From NCBI GenBank assembly GCA_010015805.1, contig ML978122.1:1770453-1834452 (forward strand): a stretch of DNA of 64,000 nucleotides, in the 5' to 3' direction. Below, in pieces: positions 62,643-64,000 of this stretch; within the stretch, counting starts at the first letter, position 1; each line of letters starts with the position of its first letter. Below the pieces are notes generated by a model that made no database searches, was not told the origin of the DNA, and worked only from the letters and a program-made list of their open reading frames with translations. This stretch comes from Rhizodiscina lignyota. Its lineage: Eukaryota. The position numbers were made by a program, and so were the translations under genes.

Positions 62643-64000
62643 CTATAGCTTAGTGCCCAAGTTCACGTGCACCTAAAGTATGTCAAACAATGCAAATCCC
62701 TGGGGAAGGAGTTGTACTTACTGCCTTCTTTTGCGAGTACGCTTCCAATCCGGCTTCACCAAGCTCACGACCGATACCGCTCTGCTTGACGCCACCGAAT
62801 GGGATGCGGAAGTCTGAGTCGTTGCTGCTGTTGATCCATACCATGCCAGCTTCGATCCTGCGAGCGACGCGGTGGGCCTTTGTGATGTTCTCAGTGAAGA
62901 GGGCGCTTCCAAGGCCGTATGTGCTGTCGTTTGCCCGCGTAATGGCTTCCTCCTCTGTCTTGAAGGAAGTGATGACGACAAATGGGCCGAAGACTTCCTC
63001 GCGATAGATCTTCATGTCGTCTTTGACGTTGGTGAAGACCGTAGGGGCAATGAAGAATCCCTTTCCACCAACGTCCTTGAAAGGCTCACCACCCATTTCC
63101 AGTTTTGCGCCCTCGCTCTTACCAGCCTCAATGTATGACAGGACGCGGTCGTACTGCAGCTTCGTAACTTGTGGGCCCTGGAATGTATCGTCCTCAAACG
63201 GATTGCCGACCTTGCTGGTAGCCTTCACGTGCTCCTTGAACGCGGCAACAAATTTGTCGTAGATGCCTTCCTGGACGAATACACGCGATGTGGCTGTGCA
63301 GACTTGACCTTGGTTGTACATGATTCCAACGTGTGCCCACTTGACAGCCTGATCCAAGTCTGCATCGTCAAAGACAATGAGCGGGCTCTTTCCTCCTGTT
63401 TCCAGGGTAATATTCTTCATGTTGATGGCGGCCATCTTCATGATTTCCTTTCCGGTTGCGGTGCTTCCAGTAAATGCAATCTTGTCAATGTCGAGATGAG
63501 TGGCGATGGCAGCTCCAGCAACACGTCCATAGCCGTTCAGGATGTTTACAACGCCTGGCGGGAAGCCAGCCTCTTTGATTAGATTTGCAAGGTAGAGAAT
63601 CGAGAGAGGAGTCTGCTCAGCTGCCTTCATAACGACAGTGTTGCCGCAAGCCAGGGCTGGGCCCAGCTTCCAAGCAGCCATGAGGAGAGGAAAGTTCCAT
63701 CTACCCACCAATTAGCAAAATATTGAAGAGTGCGTTCAAGCTATCCGTACGGAATGATCTGTCCGCAAACGCCGATAGGCTCGCGGACGGTATAAGCGAA
63801 TTTGGCAGGTGTCGTCTCAATTACTTGACCGTGAATCTATAAATCAACACTTTAGTCAAAACTTCTAGGCTTTTGTAATCGGCTATACTAATTCCTACCT
63901 TATCCGCATAGCCGCCATAGTATTTGAAGACGTTCGCAACCTCGGTAAGATCGTCGTTCAGCGCGACTGAGTATGCCTTGCCTACATCGTAGAATGTTAG
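62643..64000 (-). CDS. Aldehyde dehydrogenase (5' end outside window)
   Basis: GQIIP|WNFPL, AFTGST, LETGGKSP, NQGQVCTA (catalytic Cys), EEVFGP, PFGGVKQSG; last exon VHVNLGTKL-stop. Confidence 0.96.

Overview
Intron-containing, gene-dense eukaryotic DNA from a filamentous ascomycete (Pezizomycotina; class cannot be fixed from this window). About 25 genes or gene relics are recognisable. Core genes: TOM22, an AME1/CENP-U-like kinetochore gene, a GT34 glycosyltransferase, a YLR345W-like PFK-2/FBPase-2, TOM40, CAC2, RPS2, PPZ1 and a partial ALDH. They alternate with accessory blocks. (i) 9.6-21.7 kb: a divergent acyl-CoA dehydrogenase / acetoacetyl-CoA synthetase pair with PTS1-like ends, a secreted lipase bracketed by two copies of a ~230-bp MITE, a HET gene and an NmrA-like gene. 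(ii) 28-41.5 kb: BBE-type FAD oxidase, MFS transporter, divergent enolase paralog, P450, TRI12-like pump, a third MITE copy and an amidohydrolase pseudogene. (iii) 45.6-57.1 kb: a large modular secreted subtilase, a frameshifted NACHT NLR, three paralogous small single-pass membrane proteins, a 78-bp near-perfect palindrome and a PIF1 fragment with RIP-like damage. The most novel candidate is a 103-aa signal-less ORF (45651-45962, minus) that is a stand-alone homolog of the pro-domain region of the subtilase it sits head-to-head with. This suggests a dedicated protease/inhibitor (or chaperone) pair. All calls come from reading motifs and splice signals by eye; no database searches were run.
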